In this document: positions 9,341-18,069 of the stretch, in pieces
Numbering within the stretch: position 1 is the first letter of the stretch
Layout: each line of letters begins with the position of its first letter
Virus record (IMG/VR): IMGVR_UViG_3300033571_010557
Coordinates: 3,367-67,366 of that record
Source: a virus
DNA: 64,000 nt
Direction: 5' to 3' (one strand)
Program-made: the position numbers and the translations under genes
The notes under the pieces: model-generated
The model's database searches: none
What the model was told of the DNA's origin: nothing
Seen by the model: the letters and a program-made list of their open reading frames with translations, nothing else

Positions 9341-10841
9341 TAGATACCTTACCAGTCTGTATCGACTTCCTTTTCTCCCGTATGGCGTTCAATTTCTTCA
9401 TGCCAGCTGCCACTGCTTCCTCATCATCCTTCTCGTCATCGTCCCTTCTTTTCCGTGGCTGCTTCTTCTTATATGGTGCTTCGTCGTCATCATCGAAGTC
9501 ATCGTCAGTGAGATCCCTGGCCTCAACTGACCAGATTGCCATTCTGCTAGGTTCGAATCTGCATATAACCTGCCTACTACCTCCATCATTTCTGCAGGCC
9601 ACTGGGACGATCCTCATTATGTTGTTCACTCTCTCCTGGTCTGTCTGACAGAGTGCCACAACTAGATCACAAATGGCTACTCGTTCGAAGGCACCAGCCA
9701 TGTGAGCCATTGATATTCTTTTCCTTCCCGTTGCCTCTCTGGTGGCACGACATGCGGTCCATATTGGAAGGTTGTAGTCAACGGCAATAGCCCTTAAATC
9801 CGTGCATATTCTAACCTTCTCAAGGTAATCCTTCTCAGACTTGACATCAGATCCCATCAGATCCAGATAGTCGATCATTATTGAGTCGAACTCGATCCCG
9901 GACTCGTTCTTCATCTGGTCAAGATAGGTCCTGATCGTCTGAGGGGTACATACATAGGGAGCGAAATACGCAATGTATAACTCAGCGTCATCATCGAATA
10001 TTACATCAGCCCTATCTTGAAATGTCTTTATATAACCATCAGTATCTATAAACATTTGCTCCTTTGGGAGCATTGTGGTCCTTATGGCGAAGCGAAGAGC
10101 CTGAAGCTCTTCGGATAACTCCAAAGTCAGATACAGCACTTTCTTATGTGTTCCAACGCCTCTCTTCAGGCCGTGGAAGGCAAAATTAAGTAAAGTTCCT
10201 GACTTGAATCCCTTCGGAGGTGCCAGCAAACACCCAAGTTCCCCACCCCTCAGACCACCCCCTATTTCATGATCGAAATGGGATAAACCAGTAGGTCTTC
10301 TCGGTTTATGATCTACGGATACTTCTTTCCTGATAACTTGGGTAACATTTTTGATCGCGGGTGTACCGGTTTTCACATCGAAGGTACCTTGTTTTATCGC
10401 CTCTGAGAACCAGTCAACCACTTCTTCCGGGACATCACCATTCTTGATCACATCGACCGTTTTGTGGACCATTTGAATGATGGCCCTCCATTGCATGAAC
10501 TTACCTATTTTCTCTTTGACGTATTCAAAGTCACTGATATCCAGTTCGTACAGATCGTCCACTTTCCTCTCTAGGGTCGATCTCTCGGCTGTGTGCTTCG
10601 GGTCGTTGATGTCCGGATAGGATTTCCTGATTAGCTCAAAAAGGGTCTCTCTGGACGGTGATTTAGCGAATCGTTTGAAATATCCCTGTATGATCGAGGC
10701 TAAGTGGGAGCATGTAGGATCTTGCAAAAAGGACGGTTTAAACTTATCCTGACCAAGAACAGAGGTGAGCCTTGAATCCCTCCACATAGACGCCAGACAC
10801 GTTTCTTGGAACTCTGGATGGAATGGGCTTTGCTGAGACAT
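9318..10841 (-). CDS. Replicative DnaB/T4 gp41-like helicase
   Basis: TGLSHFDHEIGGGLRGGEL, YLTLELSE, IDYLDLM, LRAIAVDYNLPIWTA; atypical Walker A. Confidence 0.85.
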   Translation of the reverse strand: MSQQSPFHPEFQETCLASMWRDSRLTSVLGQDKFKPSFLQDPTCSHLASIIQGYFKRFAKSPSRETLFELIRKSYPDINDPKHTAERSTLERKVDDLYELDISDFEYVKEKIGKFMQWRAIIQMVHKTVDVIKNGDVPEEVVDWFSEAIKQGTFDVKTGTPAIKNVTQVIRKEVSVDHKPRRPTGLSHFDHEIGGGLRGGELGCLLAPPKGFKSGTLLNFAFHGLKRGVGTHKKVLYLTLELSEELQALRFAIRTTMLPKEQMFIDTDGYIKTFQDRADVIFDDDAELYIAYFAPYVCTPQTIRTYLDQMKNESGIEFDSIMIDYLDLMGSDVKSEKDYLEKVRICTDLRAIAVDYNLPIWTACRATREATGRKRISMAHMAGAFERVAICDLVVALCQTDQERVNNIMRIVPVACRNDGGSRQVICRFEPSRMAIWSVEARDLTDDDFDDDDEAPYKKKQPRKRRDDDEKDDEEAVAAGMKKLNAIREKRKSIQTGKVSIEDELLG

Positions 10842-10874
10842 TTTCTTCCGAGAAAGCCTTCACTAGTTATTAAC

Positions 10875-11468
10875 ATGAACAGACCCGAAATAGAGTCGAT
10901 GCAGAAGAAGCTGGCTGCGGCTGGCTTCTACAAGGGAGAAATAGACGGATTCTGGGGTGGTATGAGCATAAGTGCTTGTAAGAAGTACTTGACAAGCTTA
11001 ATGCCAAACCCATACCCGTGGCCTAACAGTGATAGGGCCTCTCTGGAAGCCTTCTATGGTAAACCCGGAGACGAGTCTAATTTAGTACAATTCGATTTCC
11101 CATACCCAACTTTTTACGATGGCAAGAGGGTTACCAAGGGCAGGTGTCATTTCAAGGTGAAAGACAGCCTGCTTCGCATCCTGAAGAATATTGGAGAACT
11201 CCATGGCGGGAAAAGAGACATCATGGAGGAAGCGGAGGATTACGGTGGCATCTATAACTTCAGAGACAAGAGAGGTTCATCCTCACTCTCCCTCCATTCG
11301 TGGGGCATAGCCATTGATCAAGACGCGGATGATAACACCTTCAGGGATCATTGGCCCATGCAGGCTGATATGCCTCTTGAGATAATGGAATGTTTCGCCA
11401 GAGAAGGGTGGATATCAGCTGGTGCATTCTGGGGATATGACGCCATGCACCATCAGGCGGCAAGATAA
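10875..11468 (+). CDS. Endolysin: peptidoglycan-binding domain plus M15 peptidase
   Basis: QKKLAAAGFYKGEIDGFWG; YNFR..RG, SLHSWGIAID, DAMH. Confidence 0.85.
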   Translation: MNRPEIESMQKKLAAAGFYKGEIDGFWGGMSISACKKYLTSLMPNPYPWPNSDRASLEAFYGKPGDESNLVQFDFPYPTFYDGKRVTKGRCHFKVKDSLLRILKNIGELHGGKRDIMEEAEDYGGIYNFRDKRGSSSLSLHSWGIAIDQDADDNTFRDHWPMQADMPLEIMECFAREGWISAGAFWGYDAMHHQAAR

Positions 11469-11818
11469 TGGAGGAAGATAACGACGACATATTCGAGGAG
11501 GATGAGCCTAAAGAGAGGGTCTCAAACGCGATACCCGAATATGCCAAATTCGATACTTCAATTGGAGACGAATTCGGATCGTGTTGCAAAAGCGTCGAAT
11601 CAGCCGGAGTCGTCTTTGCCGTCTCTGACGTTGGTAAGAAAGTAACTGAGGGGATTTGCAAGATCCTTCGATCTGAGGGATTCACCGCTGACTGGCATTC
11701 AGTGAAAAACTCAGTATCCCTAAAGACTCTTGAGACTGGTGATAGGCTGAGTCTCCTGAAGCGTAGATGGAGAAACCTCGTGAAGGAGTACTCTATCGGT
11801 AGTTTAAAGATTCGCTGA
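11468..11818 (+). CDS. Hypothetical protein
   Basis: ORF coupled to the endolysin stop. Confidence 0.65.
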   Translation: MEEDNDDIFEEDEPKERVSNAIPEYAKFDTSIGDEFGSCCKSVESAGVVFAVSDVGKKVTEGICKILRSEGFTADWHSVKNSVSLKTLETGDRLSLLKRRWRNLVKEYSIGSLKIR

Positions 11819-11837
11819 ATATCATGTATTTATTTAC

Positions 11838-12401
11838 ATGGCTAACATCTCAAAATTCGCAGGTTCAGCATTGGCTCATCAGGGAGGCGGTTATCAGCCT
11901 CAGCGTAAAGACAACTTTGCCGTTCTAATAACTGGCATTCAAAACGTTGATGTGGTGACGCTGTCGGTAAGCACCTTCAACATCCCAGAGCTTGCGATCC
12001 AGCAGGGGAAAGTCAAGCATTTCAATGAGACCACTTTCTATGCCGGTTCAAGGACACCGACCACGGGCGGTCAGTTGACTGTCGTTGATTACATTGATAA
12101 GGATCTGCTCTCCATCTTAGCACAATGGCATCGTCAGGTTTATAATCCAAACACTGGTGCTATAGGCTGGGCTGCTGACTACAAGAAACGTGGTGAGATC
12201 ATTCTCCTTCCTCCCGGAACTCAGGGAGCGACCCCCGGCGCTGTCAATGCTGATGGTCAGAGGAAGTGGACCATGGACGGGGTCTGGCCAATGTCTCTCA
12301 AGTATGACGACCTCTCCATGGAGGACGACGGTACAACCCCGGCTAAAATCACCCTCACTCTCTCCATCGACAGGTGCATTCCTGTAGTGGTAGGCGGCTA
12401 A
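11838..12401 (+). CDS. Tail tube protein, T4 gp19-like
   Basis: PQRKDNF, YAG, W.RQVYNP.TG, DYK, W..GVWP pattern; 187 aa. Confidence 0.8.
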   Translation: MANISKFAGSALAHQGGGYQPQRKDNFAVLITGIQNVDVVTLSVSTFNIPELAIQQGKVKHFNETTFYAGSRTPTTGGQLTVVDYIDKDLLSILAQWHRQVYNPNTGAIGWAADYKKRGEIILLPPGTQGATPGAVNADGQRKWTMDGVWPMSLKYDDLSMEDDGTTPAKITLTLSIDRCIPVVVGG

Positions 12402-12402
12402 C

Positions 12403-12882
12403 GTGAATCCACTAGATACAAAGCTAAGAAGGAACAGACTATCCGGTTTTTCAGCGAGATCCGGTAAGAACGCTTTAGCCAACTCTAGGTGGGGTAGTAA
12501 GAATCCAAATGGTATACCAGTACCTAAATTGGGAATAGTGTGGAACTCCCTTATTAATGGCTTGTCCCTCATTGAGGGTATTCACGAAGAACTCACTGAG
12601 GATATTTTCGGGAAATCCCTGGCTTCCTCTTCACCGACAGCCCAAAAACTGATTGATTTATACGAGAAGTCAGTCAATGGAAGATATGAGGATTGGTCCT
12701 CTACTATTTCAAAAAGGGACCTCAAGAGGATTGCTGAGGAGATTGGCAATAACGCAGTTTCCAAGTGGCTAAAATCGACCGATCTTAGGGAGACCAATTC
12801 TGAGATGAGAAGTTGGTTCCTGTTTGAAGGTGGTAGATCTCTTGAAGTGATTCTAGAAAGAATCCTAAGAGATCATGGATAA
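12403..12882 (+). CDS. Hypothetical protein
   Basis: ORF in the late operon. Confidence 0.65.
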   Translation: MNPLDTKLRRNRLSGFSARSGKNALANSRWGSKNPNGIPVPKLGIVWNSLINGLSLIEGIHEELTEDIFGKSLASSSPTAQKLIDLYEKSVNGRYEDWSSTISKRDLKRIAEEIGNNAVSKWLKSTDLRETNSEMRSWFLFEGGRSLEVILERILRDHG

Positions 12883-13450
12883 GAAAATCTACAACAGTAC
12901 CAACACGCCAGTCTATGGAGGTTATCACCCGAATGACATTGGGTACGGCTGGTTCGGCAACTTCAGGATAGATTCTAAGAAGGCCATCGAGTTTTTCAAC
13001 GCGGTCGCTATGAAGATGGCCAAATTAGTTCATTCAGTGAACCGTGGGGAGTTGATTTTCAGAGTTTCTGATGGTGGTTTCTCCATGCAAGCAATAAGGG
13101 TCAAAGTCGGACTCACGATGGTTCTGAAGGCGTGGAAAAATGATAACGAATTGGCTCATGCCACGATAAGCAGGCAGGATGTCCCACTGATCGTTAATGG
13201 AACGGTTGAGGAGGACACATATAACTGGCTGGAGTCGTCTTGGGAGTCTTTGACTAGTTTAGTGTCTCAGTCTTTGAATGATATAACGTTCCCAGACTTT
13301 TCTGAACTAATAAGTTCTGAACTATCAGCCTCAAATAACCCGCCTCCTTTCTTTAACGAGTATAACGGGACAGGTGAATCACCACCTTACGAGGAGTCAT
13401 CACAATCATCTGAATATGGAGATTTACCAGACTTCAGCACTGACGCGTGA
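12875..13450 (+). CDS. Hypothetical protein
   Basis: ORF overlapping the upstream stop. Confidence 0.7.
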   Translation: MDKKIYNSTNTPVYGGYHPNDIGYGWFGNFRIDSKKAIEFFNAVAMKMAKLVHSVNRGELIFRVSDGGFSMQAIRVKVGLTMVLKAWKNDNELAHATISRQDVPLIVNGTVEEDTYNWLESSWESLTSLVSQSLNDITFPDFSELISSELSASNNPPPFFNEYNGTGESPPYEESSQSSEYGDLPDFSTDA

Positions 13451-13468
13451 AGTTATTATTTATAAGGT

Positions 13469-13834
13469 ATGATCACTTCTAAGACATTCGTAAGGTCAGT
13501 TCCAGCATCATCCGACACCATCTTCGAGTTCAACGGTAACGTTGATGGAGGTCTCTTAGTGGTCATGGAGAACCTTAGTTCTGATAACACCATGGTTTAC
13601 AAGTTCATGGAGTCGTACGACGGTATCACCTGGGTTGATAAATCATTCCCTCTCACTGGTGGTGGTACTGCAACCCAGTTTACGATACTCCCTGATTCTC
13701 ACCATGAAATAAAAGTGACATACACCAGGCAGAAGTTGAAGCTGATGGCTTCTGGTAATCTCATGGCGAACTTCAGTGTGACACACAGGTCCCAGTCCAC
13801 CCTAGACGGACCCCTCGTTATAAGTGCCTCCTAA
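13469..13834 (+). CDS. Hypothetical beta-rich, probably virion, protein
   Basis: Ser/Thr-rich ORF with AT-rich late-type motif upstream. Confidence 0.65.
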   Translation: MITSKTFVRSVPASSDTIFEFNGNVDGGLLVVMENLSSDNTMVYKFMESYDGITWVDKSFPLTGGGTATQFTILPDSHHEIKVTYTRQKLKLMASGNLMANFSVTHRSQSTLDGPLVISAS

Positions 13835-13836
13835 AT

Positions 13837-14496
13837 ATGAGCATATCCGAATCTTTACTCAATCCTCAGGCGGTACAGGAACATCCCGTAAGATCCTTCC
13901 TTGAGTCTAGGGAAAGCGTCCTAAAGTTCTCCTCTCACTTCAAAAGGACTAACAACCCTCTGATACAGAAGTACATCGGTAAGATATCCTCTGTCCTCGA
14001 AGGTCATATAAAGAATCCAACTGATGCTGGCAATAAACTGCTTTCGGAAGTTGCTGCTGACTGCAGAATTATACTAGAAGCCTCCCAGAAAGGTGAGAGG
14101 CACAAAGTGTCTAACGTTCTCCCGGAGGCTTACGGAAGGGCTAATGAATATTCCTCCATGATAAGAGAGTTCGGACTCTCTGGGCTGGGTTCAACAGGAA
14201 CGCTGACGGAAGATTCGAAATACTCCGATGAGCACTCTTCGTTCTGCAAGAAATTCTGCAAGGAATTTGGTGTGGAGGCTGATCACTTTGACGAGGTAGC
14301 TGAGGGTCTCTTCATATACTTCGATGCCAACAACACAGACAAGCTTCTCAGGAATCTCCAGTTTGACCTCTCCAGTTTCAGCTTTGATAACGGCTATATC
14401 ATGTTGAAAGCTGGTTCGGTGGACGACTTCTCATTCGGTTCTTTCGGAGAGGAATTGAGCAAGTGGAGCTTCGTATACCTTCCAGAAAGTGAATAG
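13837..14496 (+). CDS. Hypothetical protein, possible internal head protein
   Basis: ORF with several I/L-x-E-S/A/G sites. Confidence 0.65.
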   Translation: MSISESLLNPQAVQEHPVRSFLESRESVLKFSSHFKRTNNPLIQKYIGKISSVLEGHIKNPTDAGNKLLSEVAADCRIILEASQKGERHKVSNVLPEAYGRANEYSSMIREFGLSGLGSTGTLTEDSKYSDEHSSFCKKFCKEFGVEADHFDEVAEGLFIYFDANNTDKLLRNLQFDLSSFSFDNGYIMLKAGSVDDFSFGSFGEELSKWSFVYLPESE

Positions 14497-16168
14497 TATC
14501 TTCCTAAAGCACAGAAGGAGAAAGTATGAGGCACTCTTACAAGAGGAGGGTGCCAAGGAGTCTGGATCAGTGATAGGATACTGGCTTCTACCAACTCAAG
14601 GTGGTTATGTGAAGCTGAAGATACTTGAATCTTATGGAGTTCAAACCAATTCTGGCGGTTTCTTCGGTAAGAAATTGGGGTCGGGGAAGGTGGTTCAGGT
14701 AAAGACTCTCACGGGTGGGAGGTATCTGCCAGTGTGGCCTGTAATGAATTCCATCGACGTGCTGAAGAAGTTCTTCGGGTGGGTCTCCAAAATAAGCCAA
14801 GAAATCGACTCTAAACTATGGTCATCGGATAGCGAAGAGAGGGAGGAATCAGCCGCCCAGATCCAAGCTGAGATGATAAAGCGTGGATTCTGTTTCGTGA
14901 TAAGAGACTCAGAAACTGTGCATTGGTGCGGGACCAATCAGGAATTACTTAAGTTATTTCTGATGGAGATCTCCGGAATGCGCACTTTTAATCCCCCGAG
15001 TCTGTCGATATTATACAGCAAATATGACCCACAGGACCAGGGTGAATCGGAGGTTGTCAAACTATCTCTCTTAAGTCCTAGCGGAAATAAAGTAAAGTCC
15101 ATGACGGTGGACTCGGCCTTCAGGTCCCTTTTCAAGAACAAGAAGACTTTCGCTCAGTACATCAACTCCGTAAAATCCCCAATCATTGGAAACTTCTACA
15201 GGGGAGAGGTAAGGTGGGACTCGGCTAAGGATTGGAAGGGGATAGACCCTGACAGGATTAGATCGGCTATAGACCTAAGTGATATAGCTGACGAATACAG
15301 AAGGTCATCTAATAAGAAGCTCTTACTGGAGACTATAAAAATATTCCTTGCTTATGCGAAGCAGAATAACGTAAAGCAGGAGTGGGATCCAGAAGAGGTT
15401 AAGCGAGTAGTAGAAGAACTTCCAGAGTTAGGCTCAGTCTTGGTTCCGGTTCCAGATAAGGGCGGTTTGAAGAAGCAGAGACCTATATACTCGCCCACTG
15501 CAAGAATTCCTAAACCACCAACCGTCTCCGAGTCAACTTTTAAAGAATTACTTGACGACACTCTGATGAACGGTGGGTATAAAGTAGGAGGTCTCAGAAG
15601 AATTGGTAGATTGTGGGTCTATGACAGGAGCATCCCTGGCAGGGTTGATAACAGCAGGTTCGTAGTCACCAGAAGACCCTCCCTGCAGTTAGATAGAGAT
15701 GGTTATCCAATCTACAGGTTTCAGTTCAGGTCGAGACCGGATAGGAATACGACCAACATGTCACACGCTGGTTATATAAAGTTCATCGACGGTCGTTCGA
15801 CAGGTTTCATATCAAGGATCAAGGGATACTTCAAGGACGAAATAGACCTACAAGTCCATGTCCATTGTGCCTGCCCAGATTTTAAATACCGTTGGCATTG
15901 GGTATTAGCCAAAAATGGATGTTCGCACAAACCAACCGGTGTTGGGTTCGACGCTATAGACTCTCCTCCTAGGATAACCAACCCTAATGGGCTTATAAGC
16001 ATGTGCAAGCATTTAGTAGTAGCCAAGGACTACTTGTTAATGAGCGCCAGTGAACACTACAAGGTGGTCAGAGATCTACAAAAATCGAGTTCACTGAAGC
16101 GTGGTTCACTGAACGATCCTGACACCAGGGGGGTGAAACCGGATTCGGAGGTATCAGATAATGATTGA
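14489..16168 (+). CDS. Large protein with C-terminal SWIM-like Zn finger
   Basis: VHCACPDFKYR...MCKHL. Confidence 0.7.
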   Translation: MNSIFLKHRRRKYEALLQEEGAKESGSVIGYWLLPTQGGYVKLKILESYGVQTNSGGFFGKKLGSGKVVQVKTLTGGRYLPVWPVMNSIDVLKKFFGWVSKISQEIDSKLWSSDSEEREESAAQIQAEMIKRGFCFVIRDSETVHWCGTNQELLKLFLMEISGMRTFNPPSLSILYSKYDPQDQGESEVVKLSLLSPSGNKVKSMTVDSAFRSLFKNKKTFAQYINSVKSPIIGNFYRGEVRWDSAKDWKGIDPDRIRSAIDLSDIADEYRRSSNKKLLLETIKIFLAYAKQNNVKQEWDPEEVKRVVEELPELGSVLVPVPDKGGLKKQRPIYSPTARIPKPPTVSESTFKELLDDTLMNGGYKVGGLRRIGRLWVYDRSIPGRVDNSRFVVTRRPSLQLDRDGYPIYRFQFRSRPDRNTTNMSHAGYIKFIDGRSTGFISRIKGYFKDEIDLQVHVHCACPDFKYRWHWVLAKNGCSHKPTGVGFDAIDSPPRITNPNGLISMCKHLVVAKDYLLMSASEHYKVVRDLQKSSSLKRGSLNDPDTRGVKPDSEVSDND

Positions 16169-16646
16169 TGGGATACACCTGAAGAAGGAGTTCATCACTT
16201 CGGACGAGGAAGCATACCTGATAAGTGAAGTATCCAGGAACAAGGGTATTACCAGTGGAGGCGGTCTTTACCAGTCAAGATATGGTTCCAGCGTGTACTC
16301 GAAAAAGCTCGTCTCAGATACCATACCAGAGCATCTGAAGATATTATGTGACAGGTTGTGGCTGACTCATCAGTTGCCACATTCTCCTAAACATGTCACA
16401 GTTAACACATATACTGCGGGAAGTGTTATAAAACCACATATTGATAAAATATCCTGCGGTAAGGTTATAACCATTCTTTCCCTTGCCTCTGATGCCACCA
16501 TGATGTTGACCAAGGATGACTTAAGGGAGGAACTATTATTACCTAGGAGGTCCCTATTACAGCTTACTGGAGACGCTAGGTATAATTGGTTTCATGAAAT
16601 ACTTCCAGTGAACCAACTCAGGTACTCAATTGTATTCAGGGATTAG
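16161..16646 (+). CDS. AlkB-like 2OG-Fe(II) dioxygenase
   Basis: VNTY..G..IKPHID, LSL, ARY.W.H.I, RYSIVFR. Confidence 0.88.
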   Translation: MIDGIHLKKEFITSDEEAYLISEVSRNKGITSGGGLYQSRYGSSVYSKKLVSDTIPEHLKILCDRLWLTHQLPHSPKHVTVNTYTAGSVIKPHIDKISCGKVITILSLASDATMMLTKDDLREELLLPRRSLLQLTGDARYNWFHEILPVNQLRYSIVFRD

Positions 16647-16649
16647 CTT

Positions 16650-17360
16650 ATGAAAGATTACGAATTAGAGATGGCCAGTAAAGTCTGGCCGAAAAGTAAC
16701 TTCAAGTCCGAGAAGGAATGGCTTGATTACGTGAATAAGTGGTGGCCAAAACTTCCTGGTCTTACCAAGACACTTGACAGATTCAAGAAGCCAAAGATGA
16801 CCGAATCAAAGATTGGCAGTTACAGCTATTCTTGTCTAATGGCTGAACTGGACCCGGAGGATAAATTCTTCGTTATAAGGAATTTGACGTCACAATTGAA
16901 CCCATCCGATCTGGTATGGGGAGACGGCAAGGGGGCAGAGTTGGAGCCTCATATCACGGTTTTGTACGGTATCCATGAGACTTCCCCTAGGCCGTTCATG
17001 GAGTTGCTCAAGGAGATTAGTCCATTTTCGGTAGAAGTGACCGGTCTTACGATATTCGAGGGGGAGCAATACGACGTTCTGAAGCTCGATATAAGAAGCC
17101 CGGAATTGGTTAGCCTGAACAATCTCATAAGAAGGAAGTTCGAGCACACGAGTAGTTTTCCGGATTACCACCCTCATTGTACTATAGGGTACTTAAAGAA
17201 AGGGGTGGCTTCGAGATACGTTGGAGATACTAGAATGATCTCTTCCCTCAAAGTCAGTGGCTTCACATTCTCCTCAAGCTCCCAGATAAGGGGTAAAGTC
17301 TCTATTCCCTGTAAAGATCCCAATGAGTTGGTGTTCAAATTGCTTGGTGAAACTCGGTAA
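16650..17360 (+). CDS. 2H phosphoesterase, T4 gp57B/Acb1-like
   Basis: Two HxT motifs: PHITVLYGIH and FPDYHPHCTIGY. Confidence 0.82.
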   Translation: MKDYELEMASKVWPKSNFKSEKEWLDYVNKWWPKLPGLTKTLDRFKKPKMTESKIGSYSYSCLMAELDPEDKFFVIRNLTSQLNPSDLVWGDGKGAELEPHITVLYGIHETSPRPFMELLKEISPFSVEVTGLTIFEGEQYDVLKLDIRSPELVSLNNLIRRKFEHTSSFPDYHPHCTIGYLKKGVASRYVGDTRMISSLKVSGFTFSSSSQIRGKVSIPCKDPNELVFKLLGETR

Positions 17361-17369
17361 TTATTTACT

Positions 17370-17687
17370 ATGAGCAACCCGCTTGACCATAAACCATTCA
17401 AGAACGACTTAGCCGGAAAAAGTGTTAAGAAGAAACAACGTTTCAAGCCCAACCCTATGTCTGGTTTTGGTAAGGGGACTGATGTTCTGGTTCCGAAGAA
17501 CAAGTTGGCATACCCTCCAGGTCGTCACCGTTTAGTCTTCAGATCAATGCTTGATGGAGTCAGGCTGATAGAGTCCTTGAAGGATGAGGTTGAAGGCATG
17601 AGCACGATGCCACCCGTGAAGCTCTCAAAAGGTGAACAGACACCATCGGTCCGTCCCGCGATAGGCTTCCCTAAGAAGAAACAATAA
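17370..17687 (+). CDS. Basic hypothetical protein
   Basis: ORF with TAATTAT motif upstream. Confidence 0.7.
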   Translation: MSNPLDHKPFKNDLAGKSVKKKQRFKPNPMSGFGKGTDVLVPKNKLAYPPGRHRLVFRSMLDGVRLIESLKDEVEGMSTMPPVKLSKGEQTPSVRPAIGFPKKKQ

Positions 17688-17998
17688 TGGGATTCATAGA
17701 CACTCATTTCCTCCTAAGGGATGAAGAGTACTATAAGTTTAGGACCCCGAAGCCTAAGCCTATTCCAGGAGCATACCTTCTACAGAAGACTCCCTTTGTT
17801 GATTTCATAAAAGTAACTAGGCCAGATGGATCATCTAGATCCTTTTACACCAGAGGTCAGGGACTTTCCAAGAAGCTGGAGAACATAGGTATACCACCAG
17901 ATAGGCAAGATCGTGTCCTATCCCATGTGATGAATTTCCAATCAGCCTATATAAGGGTTGACAATGCTGAAAATTGGGGTAGTCCGAGTTCAAACTGA
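17687..17998 (+). CDS. Hypothetical protein
   Basis: Translationally coupled ORF. Confidence 0.7.
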   Translation: MGFIDTHFLLRDEEYYKFRTPKPKPIPGAYLLQKTPFVDFIKVTRPDGSSRSFYTRGQGLSKKLENIGIPPDRQDRVLSHVMNFQSAYIRVDNAENWGSPSSN

Positions 17999-18069
17999 AT
18001 TTCCCCTCTTTTCTCAGTCTGTTATACGAGACCTTCCGAACCAACAACCCTTAGTTATTTAACAGCACC

